From a virus, in the IMG/VR virus record IMGVR_UViG_3300005655_000001: 48,430 nucleotides of DNA. One strand, given 5' to 3'. Below, piece by piece: positions 41,111 to 48,101 of this stretch (within the stretch, counting starts at the first letter, position 1; each line of letters opens with the position of its first letter). The translations under genes and the position numbers were made by a program. Under the pieces are notes generated by a model, which saw only the letters and a list, made by a program, of their open reading frames with translations, made no database searches and had not been told where the DNA came from.

Positions 41111-41218
41111 TCAGCCCCTTTTGATGGCCCGCCAGGCCACGCGCAAAGCCACTGGCAGCGGGTTGCACTGGCGATAGAGGCGGTACGTCGCCCAGGCTAT
41201 GGCGATGCGGGTTTTCAT
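41111..41218 (-). CDS. Possible 35-aa ORF filling the gap between coupled genes
   Basis: Hand-translated MKTRIAIAWATYRLYRQCNPLPVALRVAWRAIKRG, with an ATGA overlap upstream. Confidence 0.25.
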   Translation of the reverse strand: MKTRIAIAWATYRLYRQCNPLPVALRVAWRAIKRG

Positions 41219-41460
41219 GCGGCACCTCGCTGGCGTATGGCTGTTGCGGCCCTACTGCCGTAAATCTTTACGCCTGTCGGTATGTGCGTGTCGCACACGG
41301 TGGCATTCGCAGTCAGAGCGCACGACTCGCGCTCTGCTGCTGCGACAAGGGCGGCGAAGCGCTCAAACAAGCCAATCAAATGATCGGAGCCATCCATGTT
41401 CAGGCCCATGTCACCTGAGCCCGCCTCTTTCGCCGTGGCAATGATCTCGTCGCGCGTCAT
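41215..41460 (-). CDS. Hypothetical protein
   Basis: 81 aa from ATG 41460 (ATGA overlap) with 'ERFAALVAAAERESCA'. Confidence 0.5.
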   Translation of the reverse strand: MTRDEIIATAKEAGSGDMGLNMDGSDHLIGLFERFAALVAAAERESCALTANATVCDTHIPTGVKIYGSRAATAIRQRGAA

Positions 41461-41747
41461 TTCGCTGCCACTTCCACGGCGCCTGATTTCTTGCCACGGG
41501 TCGTAAAGCACTGCACGGTGCTGTCCGAGATCCATTCATAGGCGCTGTTCGGCCCGCATGCGTACTGCGCTGCCGTGTCGCGCCTGCGCTGCTGCTCTGC
41601 TTCACTCAGGCGCTGCTCAATCTCTGCGGCCTGCGCGTGCTCTGCGCTGTGGTCTGTCATATCGAGGTGCTGGGCCGCGAAGAATGCAGCGAAGATGGCG
41701 CAGACAAACAGGCCGGTTCCGATGTTGGGGCGGGGGTTTGTTAGCAT
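41457..41747 (-). CDS. Hypothetical membrane protein (one TMD)
   Basis: 96 aa from ATG 41747 with GGAGG RBS and 'GTGLFVCAIFAAFFAAQHL'. Confidence 0.5.
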   Translation of the reverse strand: MLTNPRPNIGTGLFVCAIFAAFFAAQHLDMTDHSAEHAQAAEIEQRLSEAEQQRRRDTAAQYACGPNSAYEWISDSTVQCFTTRGKKSGAVEVAAK

Positions 41748-41941
41748 GCCGCCTCCCTTGCTTTGAGCATGGCGTCTGCCATTGCGTATGACCATGCAGC
41801 GATCTGTTTTGGATCGCCACTGAGGCTGGCCGAATCTTCCCCGAGAAAGTAGAGGCGCATCGCCTTCGCTGCGAAGTAATCGCGCAGGTGCATGCCGTTG
41901 GCGTCGCTACGACTTGTTCCGCCGTTGTTGTGTGTCGTCAT
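41741..41941 (-). CDS. Hypothetical protein
   Basis: 66 aa. Confidence 0.5.
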   Translation of the reverse strand: MTTHNNGGTSRSDANGMHLRDYFAAKAMRLYFLGEDSASLSGDPKQIAAWSYAMADAMLKAREAAC

Positions 41942-42294
41942 GCTGGCTCCTCAATTTCACGCGGCGCTTTGACCGCTGCAAGTTCGATGGCTTCCACTTC
42001 GTCGTCCGTCAGGCGGTCGGCAATGTCCACCCCCCGCAGGTAGGCGCTGTACAGCGTGGCCGTGTCGCGCTGCCCGCTGTCCGGGTCGCCGCGCTCGCCC
42101 TCCAGGTGGCAATCCAGCGGCCCCAATTCAGGGTGCTGGAACGTGTAGGCAAACTGGCCCTTCGGGGGCCGTGGCGCGTCGTACAGCGTCAGCTCGGCGC
42201 GTAGCTGGATGCACATCGCTTGCCAGCGCTTTGCATCTGCTGGCGGGGCAATGCCTGCCAGGGCTTGCTGAAAGATGGGGTGCACGTTCTGCAT
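41938..42294 (-). CDS. Hypothetical protein
   Basis: 118 aa from ATG 42294 with GGAG RBS. Confidence 0.55.
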   Translation of the reverse strand: MQNVHPIFQQALAGIAPPADAKRWQAMCIQLRAELTLYDAPRPPKGQFAYTFQHPELGPLDCHLEGERGDPDSGQRDTATLYSAYLRGVDIADRLTDDEVEAIELAAVKAPREIEEPA

Positions 42295-42314
42295 GGGCTT
42301 CTCCTTCGGAAATG

Positions 42315-42337
42315 AAAAAGCCCCGCATTGCAGGGCT
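42315..42337 (-). terminator. Rho-independent terminator immediately 3' of the tRNA
   Basis: Minus-sense AGCCCTGC-AAT-GCGGGGCT followed by T5. Confidence 0.65.
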
Positions 42338-42342
42338 GTGTG

Positions 42343-42419
42343 TGGTGCGTCTGGAGGGATTCGAACCCCCAACCAGCGATATAGAAGACCGAAGCTCTAT
42401 CCAATTGAGCTACAGACGC
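42343..42419 (-). tRNA. tRNA-Arg (anticodon UCU), CCA encoded
   Basis: Hand-folded cloverleaf: GCGTCTG/TA/GCTC-AATTGGATA-GAGC/T/TCGGT-CTTCTAT-ATCGC/TGGTT/GGGGG-TTCGAAT-CCCTC/CAGACGC/A/CCA. Confidence 0.85.
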
Positions 42420-42555
42420 TGTGTGTGTTTATCTGCTGCCAGATATTTGGGGATAGTTGATAGCCAGCGCGTACCGAAGGCAGAGGCGCTGGGCGAATTG
42501 AAGATGGCGGCGCGGACAAAGCACCGCTTTCGCAAGGGAGGCTTGCGCAGTCTGG

Positions 42556-43044
42556 CTAAAGCGTGCAGAGCGCGTGGTGCTTTCGTTTTGCTGCCACGTA
42601 TGCAGAGTGGGCGTCTTCTGGTGTGCTGAAATAGCCCAGGTGTTTGATTTTTCCATCAACCCTAATTTGAGACTGCCACTTGGAGCCGCTCTTGCTCCAC
42701 GAAGCGCCGATCAGGCCGCTGGAGGTGTTGACCTTGCTGGTTATTCGCATGTTTTGCATGTTTTCTCTTTGTGAACACGCTCTCAAATTTGCCCAGCGGT
42801 TGTCAGAGCGCACTCCATTCGCGTGATCGGTCACGTCGTCGGGCTCCTTGCCCGTCACCATCAAAAACGCGAGCCTGTGGGCAAAATATCTCTTTCGAAA
42901 TATCCGGATCATCCGGTATCCCGCCACGGATATCCCGCCTGCCTCTTTGCCTGCGTATCGCCGGCCTGCGGCGATCTTCCATGTGAACTGACCGTTTTCT
43001 GGGTCGTAGTGGAGGCGCTCCTTGATTCTGCTTACCAAGTCCAT
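42556..43044 (-). CDS. HNH (HNH_3-type) plus AP2-domain homing endonuclease, copy 2
   Basis: 162 aa with 'AHRLAFLMVTG...TDHANGVRSDNRWANLR' and AP2-like 'SGLIGASWSKSGSKWQSQIRVDGKIKHLGYFSTPEDAHSAY'. Confidence 0.8.
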   Translation of the reverse strand: MDLVSRIKERLHYDPENGQFTWKIAAGRRYAGKEAGGISVAGYRMIRIFRKRYFAHRLAFLMVTGKEPDDVTDHANGVRSDNRWANLRACSQRENMQNMRITSKVNTSSGLIGASWSKSGSKWQSQIRVDGKIKHLGYFSTPEDAHSAYVAAKRKHHALCTL

Positions 43045-43210
43045 TTGCTATACCTCTTGAGTAAAGATTGCATTCATCTGGTGGTTTGAAGCCGTGAGAA
43101 AGCAGCCCTGCTACTGGGCCAGTCTGTTCACCGCCGCCGAAGCAACGGAGCAAGGCTGCTATCTCATGGCCCCGGCGCATGGCCGGGACGGGGGGTCATC
43201 GTTCTCCTTG

Positions 43211-43248
43211 AAAACCAGAGCGCCCCCGGTGGCTGGCGCTCTGGTTTT
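43211..43248. terminator. Strong bidirectional rho-independent terminator
   Basis: A4, then a 12-bp perfect stem AACCAGAGCGCC / GGCGCTCTGGTT with a 10-nt loop, flanked by T4. Confidence 0.75.
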
Positions 43249-43297
43249 GTCCGTATTGATTGGCACTCCCGGCCCCTGGTGTAGGGGCGGGGTGGGG

Positions 43298-43456
43298 TTA
43301 TTCAGGTGCCACCCACTTCTTTTCGCATTGTTGGCTTCGCGGCAAATCTTTCTCGCATTCGTTGGCGCCTCGGTAATGCGCGGACATGAACAGCGACGAA
43401 ACAATTAACGCAGCTGCAAGCGCACCAATGGCAACTCCTAAGCCAAAGTCGTCCAT
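43298..43456 (-). CDS. Small single-TMD protein with an AH...EC.K...C motif (paralogue of 34112..34288)
   Basis: 52 aa from ATG 43456 with AAGGAG RBS: MDDFGLGVAIGALAAALIVSSLFMSAHYRGANECEKDLPRSQQCEKKWVAPE. Confidence 0.55.
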   Translation of the reverse strand: MDDFGLGVAIGALAAALIVSSLFMSAHYRGANECEKDLPRSQQCEKKWVAPE

Positions 43457-43529
43457 CTCTATCTCCTTGATTGAAGCAATGCGCCTCACTAGAAGCGCCT
43501 GGGTTGCCCCGTGTGGATGGGGGATGGGG

Positions 43530-43736
43530 TTAGTGAACGCCTGGCAGCAGGTCGAATTGACTCAGTGCTGAGGCGTTGTATCGACCAGATGCCATCCAGA
43601 AAGCAAGCCTGCGCGCACCAGATTTCTCGACGCAGACACCGCGGATTTGGTACATGGCTTCGTCTTCATGGATCTCCACAATCTGAGCTGTGCCGCCTTC
43701 GCGTGTTGGATAAGTCTTGCCGGCTTCTATTTGCAT
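43530..43736 (-). CDS. Hypothetical protein
   Basis: 68 aa with AAGGAG RBS. Confidence 0.6.
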   Translation of the reverse strand: MQIEAGKTYPTREGGTAQIVEIHEDEAMYQIRGVCVEKSGARRLAFWMASGRYNASALSQFDLLPGVH

Positions 43737-43880
43737 GTCTGCTCCTTGAAAACCTCAACCGCCTGTCACGCGGCTCAGGTTTTGCCATTCGTTGGAATGG
43801 CTTGCAGGCATATCCCCGTTGCCGGGTTCCTGCCGCACCGCTGGCCGGTGCTTTGCTGATCTCTATCAGTGCCGTGTCCG

Positions 43881-44075
43881 TCAGTTGTTGCGCCCACCTG
43901 AGCGCCCCTGACGTTTGGCAGATCGCTTTTCTTGGCTCTGCCGCCTCAATTCCCTCTCACGCCGGGAATGCGCGCCTGCTGTCGTCTGTGCGAACCGCAG
44001 GAGGCTGGTTTTTAAGGCGCTGTGTCGGTGGCCTGCTCGATGGCTTGTCACCCTGTGCCGCGTTTTCGTTGGCAT
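43881..44075 (-). CDS. 64-aa highly basic (Arg/His-rich) ORF, first ORF of the leftward early transcript; N-like antiterminator candidate
   Basis: The ATG at 44075 lies at the predicted +1 of PL. The product is MPTKTRHRVTSHRAGHRH...SRRERELRRQSQEKRSAKRQGRSGGRNN. Third-position GC is lower than in neighbouring genes, so coding status is uncertain. Confidence 0.35.
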   Translation of the reverse strand: MPTKTRHRVTSHRAGHRHSALKTSLLRFAQTTAGAHSRRERELRRQSQEKRSAKRQGRSGGRNN

Positions 44076-44081
44076 GGGTGA

Positions 44082-44111
44082 ATTGTCAGGCAAAACTAAC
44101 AAGACAGTCAA
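44082..44111 (-). promoter_or_regulatory. Leftward early promoter PL with an embedded operator
   Basis: Minus-sense TTGACT (44106-44111), 18-bp spacer, GACAAT (44082-44087). The 19 nt GTTAGTTTTGCCTGACAAT are identical to PR. Confidence 0.6.
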
Positions 44112-44118
44112 GCGGTTA

Positions 44119-44135
44119 TTTCAGGTAAAACTAAC
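44119..44135. promoter_or_regulatory. Third, degenerate operator copy (15/18 match) between PL and PR
   Basis: TTTCAGGTAAAACTAAC compared with TTGTCAGGCAAAACTAAC. Confidence 0.5.
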
Positions 44136-44162
44136 ATTTTTTGCTACACCAGTAAACGATGC

Positions 44163-44192
44163 TTGACCTTTGCGTTAGTTTTGCCTGACAAT
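44163..44192 (+). promoter_or_regulatory. Rightward early promoter PR with an embedded operator
   Basis: TTGACC (44163-44168), 18-bp spacer, GACAAT (44187-44192). The operator GTTAGTTTTGCCTGACAA (44174-44191) is the exact inverted copy of 44083-44100. Confidence 0.6.
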
Positions 44193-44199
44193 GGCGGCT

Positions 44200-44421
44200 A
44201 TGAACCCACACGCAACAAAAATCATCGAGGCGCTGGGCGACACCGCCGAGGTGGCGCGCATGTTTGATGTGCGCATGCCCTCTGTCAGCGACTGGAAGAA
44301 GCACGGCATCCCCAGGGCGCGAATGATGTACCTCAAGGTGGCGCACGCGCAGGCCCTTGATGGCATTGACCTGGACGCTGCCACCGCCCCCACCCGCAGC
44401 GAAGCCCAAGAGGCCGCGTAA
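44200..44421 (+). CDS. Cro/YdaS-type HTH early regulator
   Basis: 73 aa from ATG 44200 (the track ATG at 44191 lies inside the -10 element), with 'LGDTAEVARMFDVRMPSVSDWKKHGIPRARMMYLK'. Confidence 0.7.
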   Translation: MNPHATKIIEALGDTAEVARMFDVRMPSVSDWKKHGIPRARMMYLKVAHAQALDGIDLDAATAPTRSEAQEAA

Positions 44422-44424
44422 CCC

Positions 44425-44691
44425 ATGGCCCCGCAAGAAAAGACCGAGCGGCGCGGAATGAACCCCTTCACCTCAGTCCGCCCCCGTGGCGCCGATGCCC
44501 CCGCCAAGCTGCCCACGCAGCGCAAGAAGGCAGCTCCCATCACAACCAAAGGCACCACCCGCGTGCTGAACGTCAACGGCAAGTTGCAGGCGCCGCTGAA
44601 CCCGAATGCGGCATCCATCGTGATCGAGGGCGCAGAGCAGGGCCGGGCCAGTACGGACAAGCGCCGGGCCATTGTGCGGGGGCTGTCGTGA
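44425..44691 (+). CDS. Hypothetical basic protein
   Basis: 88 aa. Confidence 0.5.
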   Translation: MAPQEKTERRGMNPFTSVRPRGADAPAKLPTQRKKAAPITTKGTTRVLNVNGKLQAPLNPNAASIVIEGAEQGRASTDKRRAIVRGLS

Positions 44692-44804
44692 ATTGGCACG
44701 CCTACGAGGCCGCAAAGCGCTCTTGGACATGCGCAAACCCCGGTGCAACAGCAGAGCAGTACGAAGCCGCTATGCGGGCGATTGCAAGGCGCTACGGGGT
44801 ATGA
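44688..44804 (+). CDS. Small conserved phage protein ('YEAAKRSW...ATAEQYEAAMRAIARRYGV' type)
   Basis: 38 aa from GTG 44688 (GTGA overlap), hand-translated. The motif is familiar from small ORFs in phage replication regions (from memory). Confidence 0.45.
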   Translation: MNWHAYEAAKRSWTCANPGATAEQYEAAMRAIARRYGV

Positions 44805-45205
44805 GTTTTGACGCCACGGCTAGGCAAAGGGTAGCTCCCGGAGCCGAAGAGCAGGACATGCCCGCCTGCCTGCCGCTGGTTTCTTCAATGGGCTGTGAAA
44901 GGGCAACCATGCAAAAAGAACACAGGCAAGAAACAGATGCGATGTGGGCAAGGTATCGCGAGTATGACGACATGGTTTGCGATTTCCCGGAAAGAAAGAT
45001 TGGGATGCCATTCCCCGCTGCGTATTGCGTGCTTTTCCCAGTCGAGATTGACAAAGATTTCATCTTCGTTGAATTAGACCTCGACGAAGTGGAACGCTTC
45101 GCCATGGGTCTGCTGGCCGCACTGCCGAAAGCCAGAGCGTTGACAAGTGCAGCAGAGGCTGAATTTGTCACCCACGAAGCCATCAGCAAGGCGAAGGGCG
45201 AGTAA
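44801..45205 (+). CDS. Hypothetical protein (start uncertain: 44801 or 44909)
   Basis: 134 aa from ATG 44801 (ATGA overlap). GC is locally lower. Confidence 0.5.
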   Translation: MSFDATARQRVAPGAEEQDMPACLPLVSSMGCERATMQKEHRQETDAMWARYREYDDMVCDFPERKIGMPFPAAYCVLFPVEIDKDFIFVELDLDEVERFAMGLLAALPKARALTSAAEAEFVTHEAISKAKGE

Positions 45206-45939
45206 TGATCGTTGACCCTGACTTCTTCGACCACTGGCGCACGCGCATGGTGGCCGACATGCTGAAAGACCAGCTCGCGCCGGTTTACATCATGCGGCTG
45301 TGGGCGCATTGCCAAAACCGCAAGGGGGATGTTTTCGACATCCCAGCAGCTGGACTCAAGGCACTCTGCCAGTTTTCTGGCGCAGCGCAGGATTTGGAAG
45401 ATGCCCTTATCGCAGCCGAGTACATCGCCCGCGATGGCCTTACGGTGACGGTTACCGGGTGGGCCGAAAAGAATGCCGCATTGCTTGCCGCATGGGAAAA
45501 CGGGCACAAAGGCGGGCGTCCAAAAAAGAACCAAAACACAACCGATGGGCAACCCACAGAAAACCCATCGGAAACCCATGGGTTACCCATGGCTAACCCA
45601 TCGCTAACCCAAACGAAACCGATAAGAGTAGATAAGAGAAGAGAAGAAGAAAAGACAGAAGAAGCGCCTTCTGCGAAGTCGCCAGCAGGCTCGGCTCTGC
45701 CGAAGAACTGGATTCTTCCGGCGCAATGGGCTGCATGGGCTCAGGGCGAACGACCCGACCTCGACCCGAACAGGGTTGCAGACGAATTCCGGGACTACTG
45801 GATCGCCAAGCCCGGGAAAGAAGGGCGCAAGGCCGATTGGGAGGCGACCTGGCGCAACTGGGTTCGCAACCAGCGCGCTACCACCTATGGCCGCCCAGCC
45901 CACAGCGCTGCGCCGAGAGAGCGGAGGCTGGTGCTATGA
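45205..45939 (+). CDS. Replication initiation / origin-binding protein candidate (lambda O analogue; DUF1376- and DnaT-like ends)
   Basis: 244 aa with C-terminal 'FRDYWIAKPGKEGRKADWEATWRNWVRNQR'. The gene contains the iteron-like array and precedes the primase-helicase. Confidence 0.55.
   Translation: MIVDPDFFDHWRTRMVADMLKDQLAPVYIMRLWAHCQNRKGDVFDIPAAGLKALCQFSGAAQDLEDALIAAEYIARDGLTVTVTGWAEKNAALLAAWENGHKGGRPKKNQNTTDGQPTENPSETHGLPMANPSLTQTKPIRVDKRREEEKTEEAPSAKSPAGSALPKNWILPAQWAAWAQGERPDLDPNRVADEFRDYWIAKPGKEGRKADWEATWRNWVRNQRATTYGRPAHSAAPRERRLVL
45552..45611. repeat. Six ACCCA-core iteron-like repeats at exact 11-bp phasing (putative ori)
   Basis: ACCCA starts at 45552, 45563, 45574, 45585, 45596 and 45607. 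A purine-only A-rich tract GATAAGAGTAGATAAGAGAAGAGAAGAAGAAAAGACAGAAGAAG follows at 45621-45664. Confidence 0.6.
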
Positions 45940-47678
45940 CCGCCAAGACTTTTGCCGAGTTCGGAATTGAGGTGCGCCACGCATCCGGCGAGGAAGACAC
46001 GACTTGTCCGCAGTGCTCCGAGGCCCGGCGCAACAAGCGCGCCCGCTGCCTGTCTGTCAACATCGACAAGGGCGTGTGGACATGCCACCACTGTGGCTGG
46101 TCTGGTGGCCTGGGCACGGGCGAACAGAGCCGACCGGTCATCGTGAAAACGTGGCGCAAGCCGCAGTACCAGCCGGAGAACGTCACCCCGACCGAACAGG
46201 CGTACATCTGGTTTGCTGCGCGTGGGATTACCCGCGAAGTGCTCAAGCGCAATTGCGTCGGGGTGTGCTCTGCCTACTTTCCGCAGCTTGAAGACCGCGC
46301 CAGCGCCGTGACGTTTCCGTACCTGCGTGGCGACGAGGTGGTGAACGTCAAGTACCGCACCAAGGACAAGCATTTCCGCATGGAAGCGGGCGCAGAGCGC
46401 GTTCTGTACGGCCTGAACGATATTGCCGAAACCCTGATCTGGGTCGAAGGCGAAATGGACAAGCTGTCCATGGAAGTGGCGGGGTTCTTGTCATGCGTCA
46501 GCGTGCCCGATGGCGCGCCGACACCGAACACGAAGAACTACGACAGCAAATTCGACTTCATGTCCGCGCCAGAGCTGGAGCGCGCCAAGTTTCACATCAT
46601 CGCAGTGGACAACGACGAGCCGGGTGTGAGGCTGGAGGATGAGCTACTGCGCCGCCTGGGCCGTGATGTTTGCCGCGTGGTGCGCTGGCCAGAGGGGTGC
46701 AAGGATGCCAATGACGTCCTGAAGGCGCACGGCCCCGAGACTTTGGCTCAGTGCATAGACGCCGCCCAATGGGTGCCAGTGGAAGGCGAACACGCTGTCA
46801 GCAGCTATGCCGAAAGCATGGATCGTTTGTACCAGTACGGCATGCCCCGAGGCATGTCCACTGGCTGGGCTTCTGTGGACGACTTTTACACCGTCATGCC
46901 AGGCGAGTGGTCGCTTGTCACGGGGATTCCGGGGCATGGCAAGTCAGAGTGGCTTGATGCGCTCATGGTGCGGCTGGCGCAAAACCATGGCTGGTGCTTT
47001 GCGATCTTTTCGCCAGAGAACCAGCCTACGGAATATCACATCTCCAAGCTGGCCGAGAAGTACATCGGCAAGCCATTTGGCAATGGCCCAAGCGCCCGGA
47101 TGACATTGCAAGAAAAGGACGTGGCTGTCCAGTTCTTGAATGAGCACTTTGTTTTTTTGATGCCAGAGCTGCCAACGGTGGAAGGGCTGATAGAGCGGCT
47201 GCGTTCCATCGTGAAGCGCCGTGGCGTTCGTGGCGTGGTTCTGGATCCATGGAACGAGATTGACCACACACGAACGGGCGGACTGAGCGAAACGGAATAC
47301 ATCAGCCAGAGCCTTTCAAAGTTGCGCGCCTTCGCTCGGTCGTCAGGTGTGCACCTGTGGATCGTTGCGCACCCTACAAAGCTGCAAAAGGAGCAGGACG
47401 GCTCCTACCCGGTGCCAACGCCCTATGACGTTGCCGGGTCTGCCCATTGGCGCAACAAAGCCGACAACTGCATTGCGATCTGGCGTGACACCGCACAAGA
47501 CAACAGAGCAGTTGAGGTGCACATCCAGAAGGTGCGCAAAAAGTCGGTCGGAAAGGTCGGCATGACAACCTTGGTTTATGACCGCGTGACCGGGCAATAC
47601 CACGACATTGCTGCGGCCCCGGCCCGATGGGCGAACGAAGACGTTGACGACACAGAACACGGCGGCGCGCCGTATTAA
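45936..47678 (+). CDS. Bifunctional primase-helicase (zinc finger, TOPRIM and DnaB-like/T7 gp4-like helicase)
   Basis: 580 aa from ATG 45936 (ATGA overlap) with 'CPQCSE...CHHCGWSG', 'WVEGEMDKLS...IIAVDNDEPG' and Walker A 'GIPGHGKSEW'. Confidence 0.85.
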   Translation: MTAKTFAEFGIEVRHASGEEDTTCPQCSEARRNKRARCLSVNIDKGVWTCHHCGWSGGLGTGEQSRPVIVKTWRKPQYQPENVTPTEQAYIWFAARGITREVLKRNCVGVCSAYFPQLEDRASAVTFPYLRGDEVVNVKYRTKDKHFRMEAGAERVLYGLNDIAETLIWVEGEMDKLSMEVAGFLSCVSVPDGAPTPNTKNYDSKFDFMSAPELERAKFHIIAVDNDEPGVRLEDELLRRLGRDVCRVVRWPEGCKDANDVLKAHGPETLAQCIDAAQWVPVEGEHAVSSYAESMDRLYQYGMPRGMSTGWASVDDFYTVMPGEWSLVTGIPGHGKSEWLDALMVRLAQNHGWCFAIFSPENQPTEYHISKLAEKYIGKPFGNGPSARMTLQEKDVAVQFLNEHFVFLMPELPTVEGLIERLRSIVKRRGVRGVVLDPWNEIDHTRTGGLSETEYISQSLSKLRAFARSSGVHLWIVAHPTKLQKEQDGSYPVPTPYDVAGSAHWRNKADNCIAIWRDTAQDNRAVEVHIQKVRKKSVGKVGMTTLVYDRVTGQYHDIAAAPARWANEDVDDTEHGGAPY

Positions 47679-47687
47679 GGAAAAGCC

Positions 47688-47915
47688 ATGGACGAAATCT
47701 ACGCATTGCTTTGGAGCCGTAGTTCCAATTGTTTCCACATCGAACCGCTGGCCGACACAGCGCGCAGTGGGATGAGATTTTTTACCAGAGACGCTCGGAA
47801 CGACTACCTATTGCTTGCCTACGGCCCGTATCAAGCAATTCAAGACCGGGCGGACAGCCTGCGCACTGTCATCACAGAAAGGGCAGAGGTGCGGCGACTG
47901 TATGACGACCAATGA
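47688..47915 (+). CDS. Hypothetical protein
   Basis: 75 aa. Confidence 0.55.
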   Translation: MDEIYALLWSRSSNCFHIEPLADTARSGMRFFTRDARNDYLLLAYGPYQAIQDRADSLRTVITERAEVRRLYDDQ

Positions 47916-48097
47916 CCGCCTACGACAAAGCACTATCCCACCTCATAAAGTTGGCAAAAACACCAGGATTCAAGGAGTACGCATGGCACAGAGCAAAGGA
48001 ACTGGAGAGCTGCAAAACCGGCATGTGGCAGGGCATCGCTGCGGATTTGAAGCAGGCCATGCTGTCATCAGCCGCACCGCGCAAGAGTGGGGGGTGA
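47912..48097 (+). CDS. Hypothetical protein
   Basis: 61 aa with an ATGA overlap. Confidence 0.5.
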   Translation: MTAYDKALSHLIKLAKTPGFKEYAWHRAKELESCKTGMWQGIAADLKQAMLSSAAPRKSGG

Positions 48098-48101
48098 CAG
48101 C

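Noticed and set aside
43511-44128. A 205-aa plus-strand ORF spanning the early control region.
   Set aside because: It runs antisense through the 43530..43736 gene and across the PL promoter and operator. The translation is Cys/Arg/Leu-rich without motifs, and there is no RBS or promoter in front of it.
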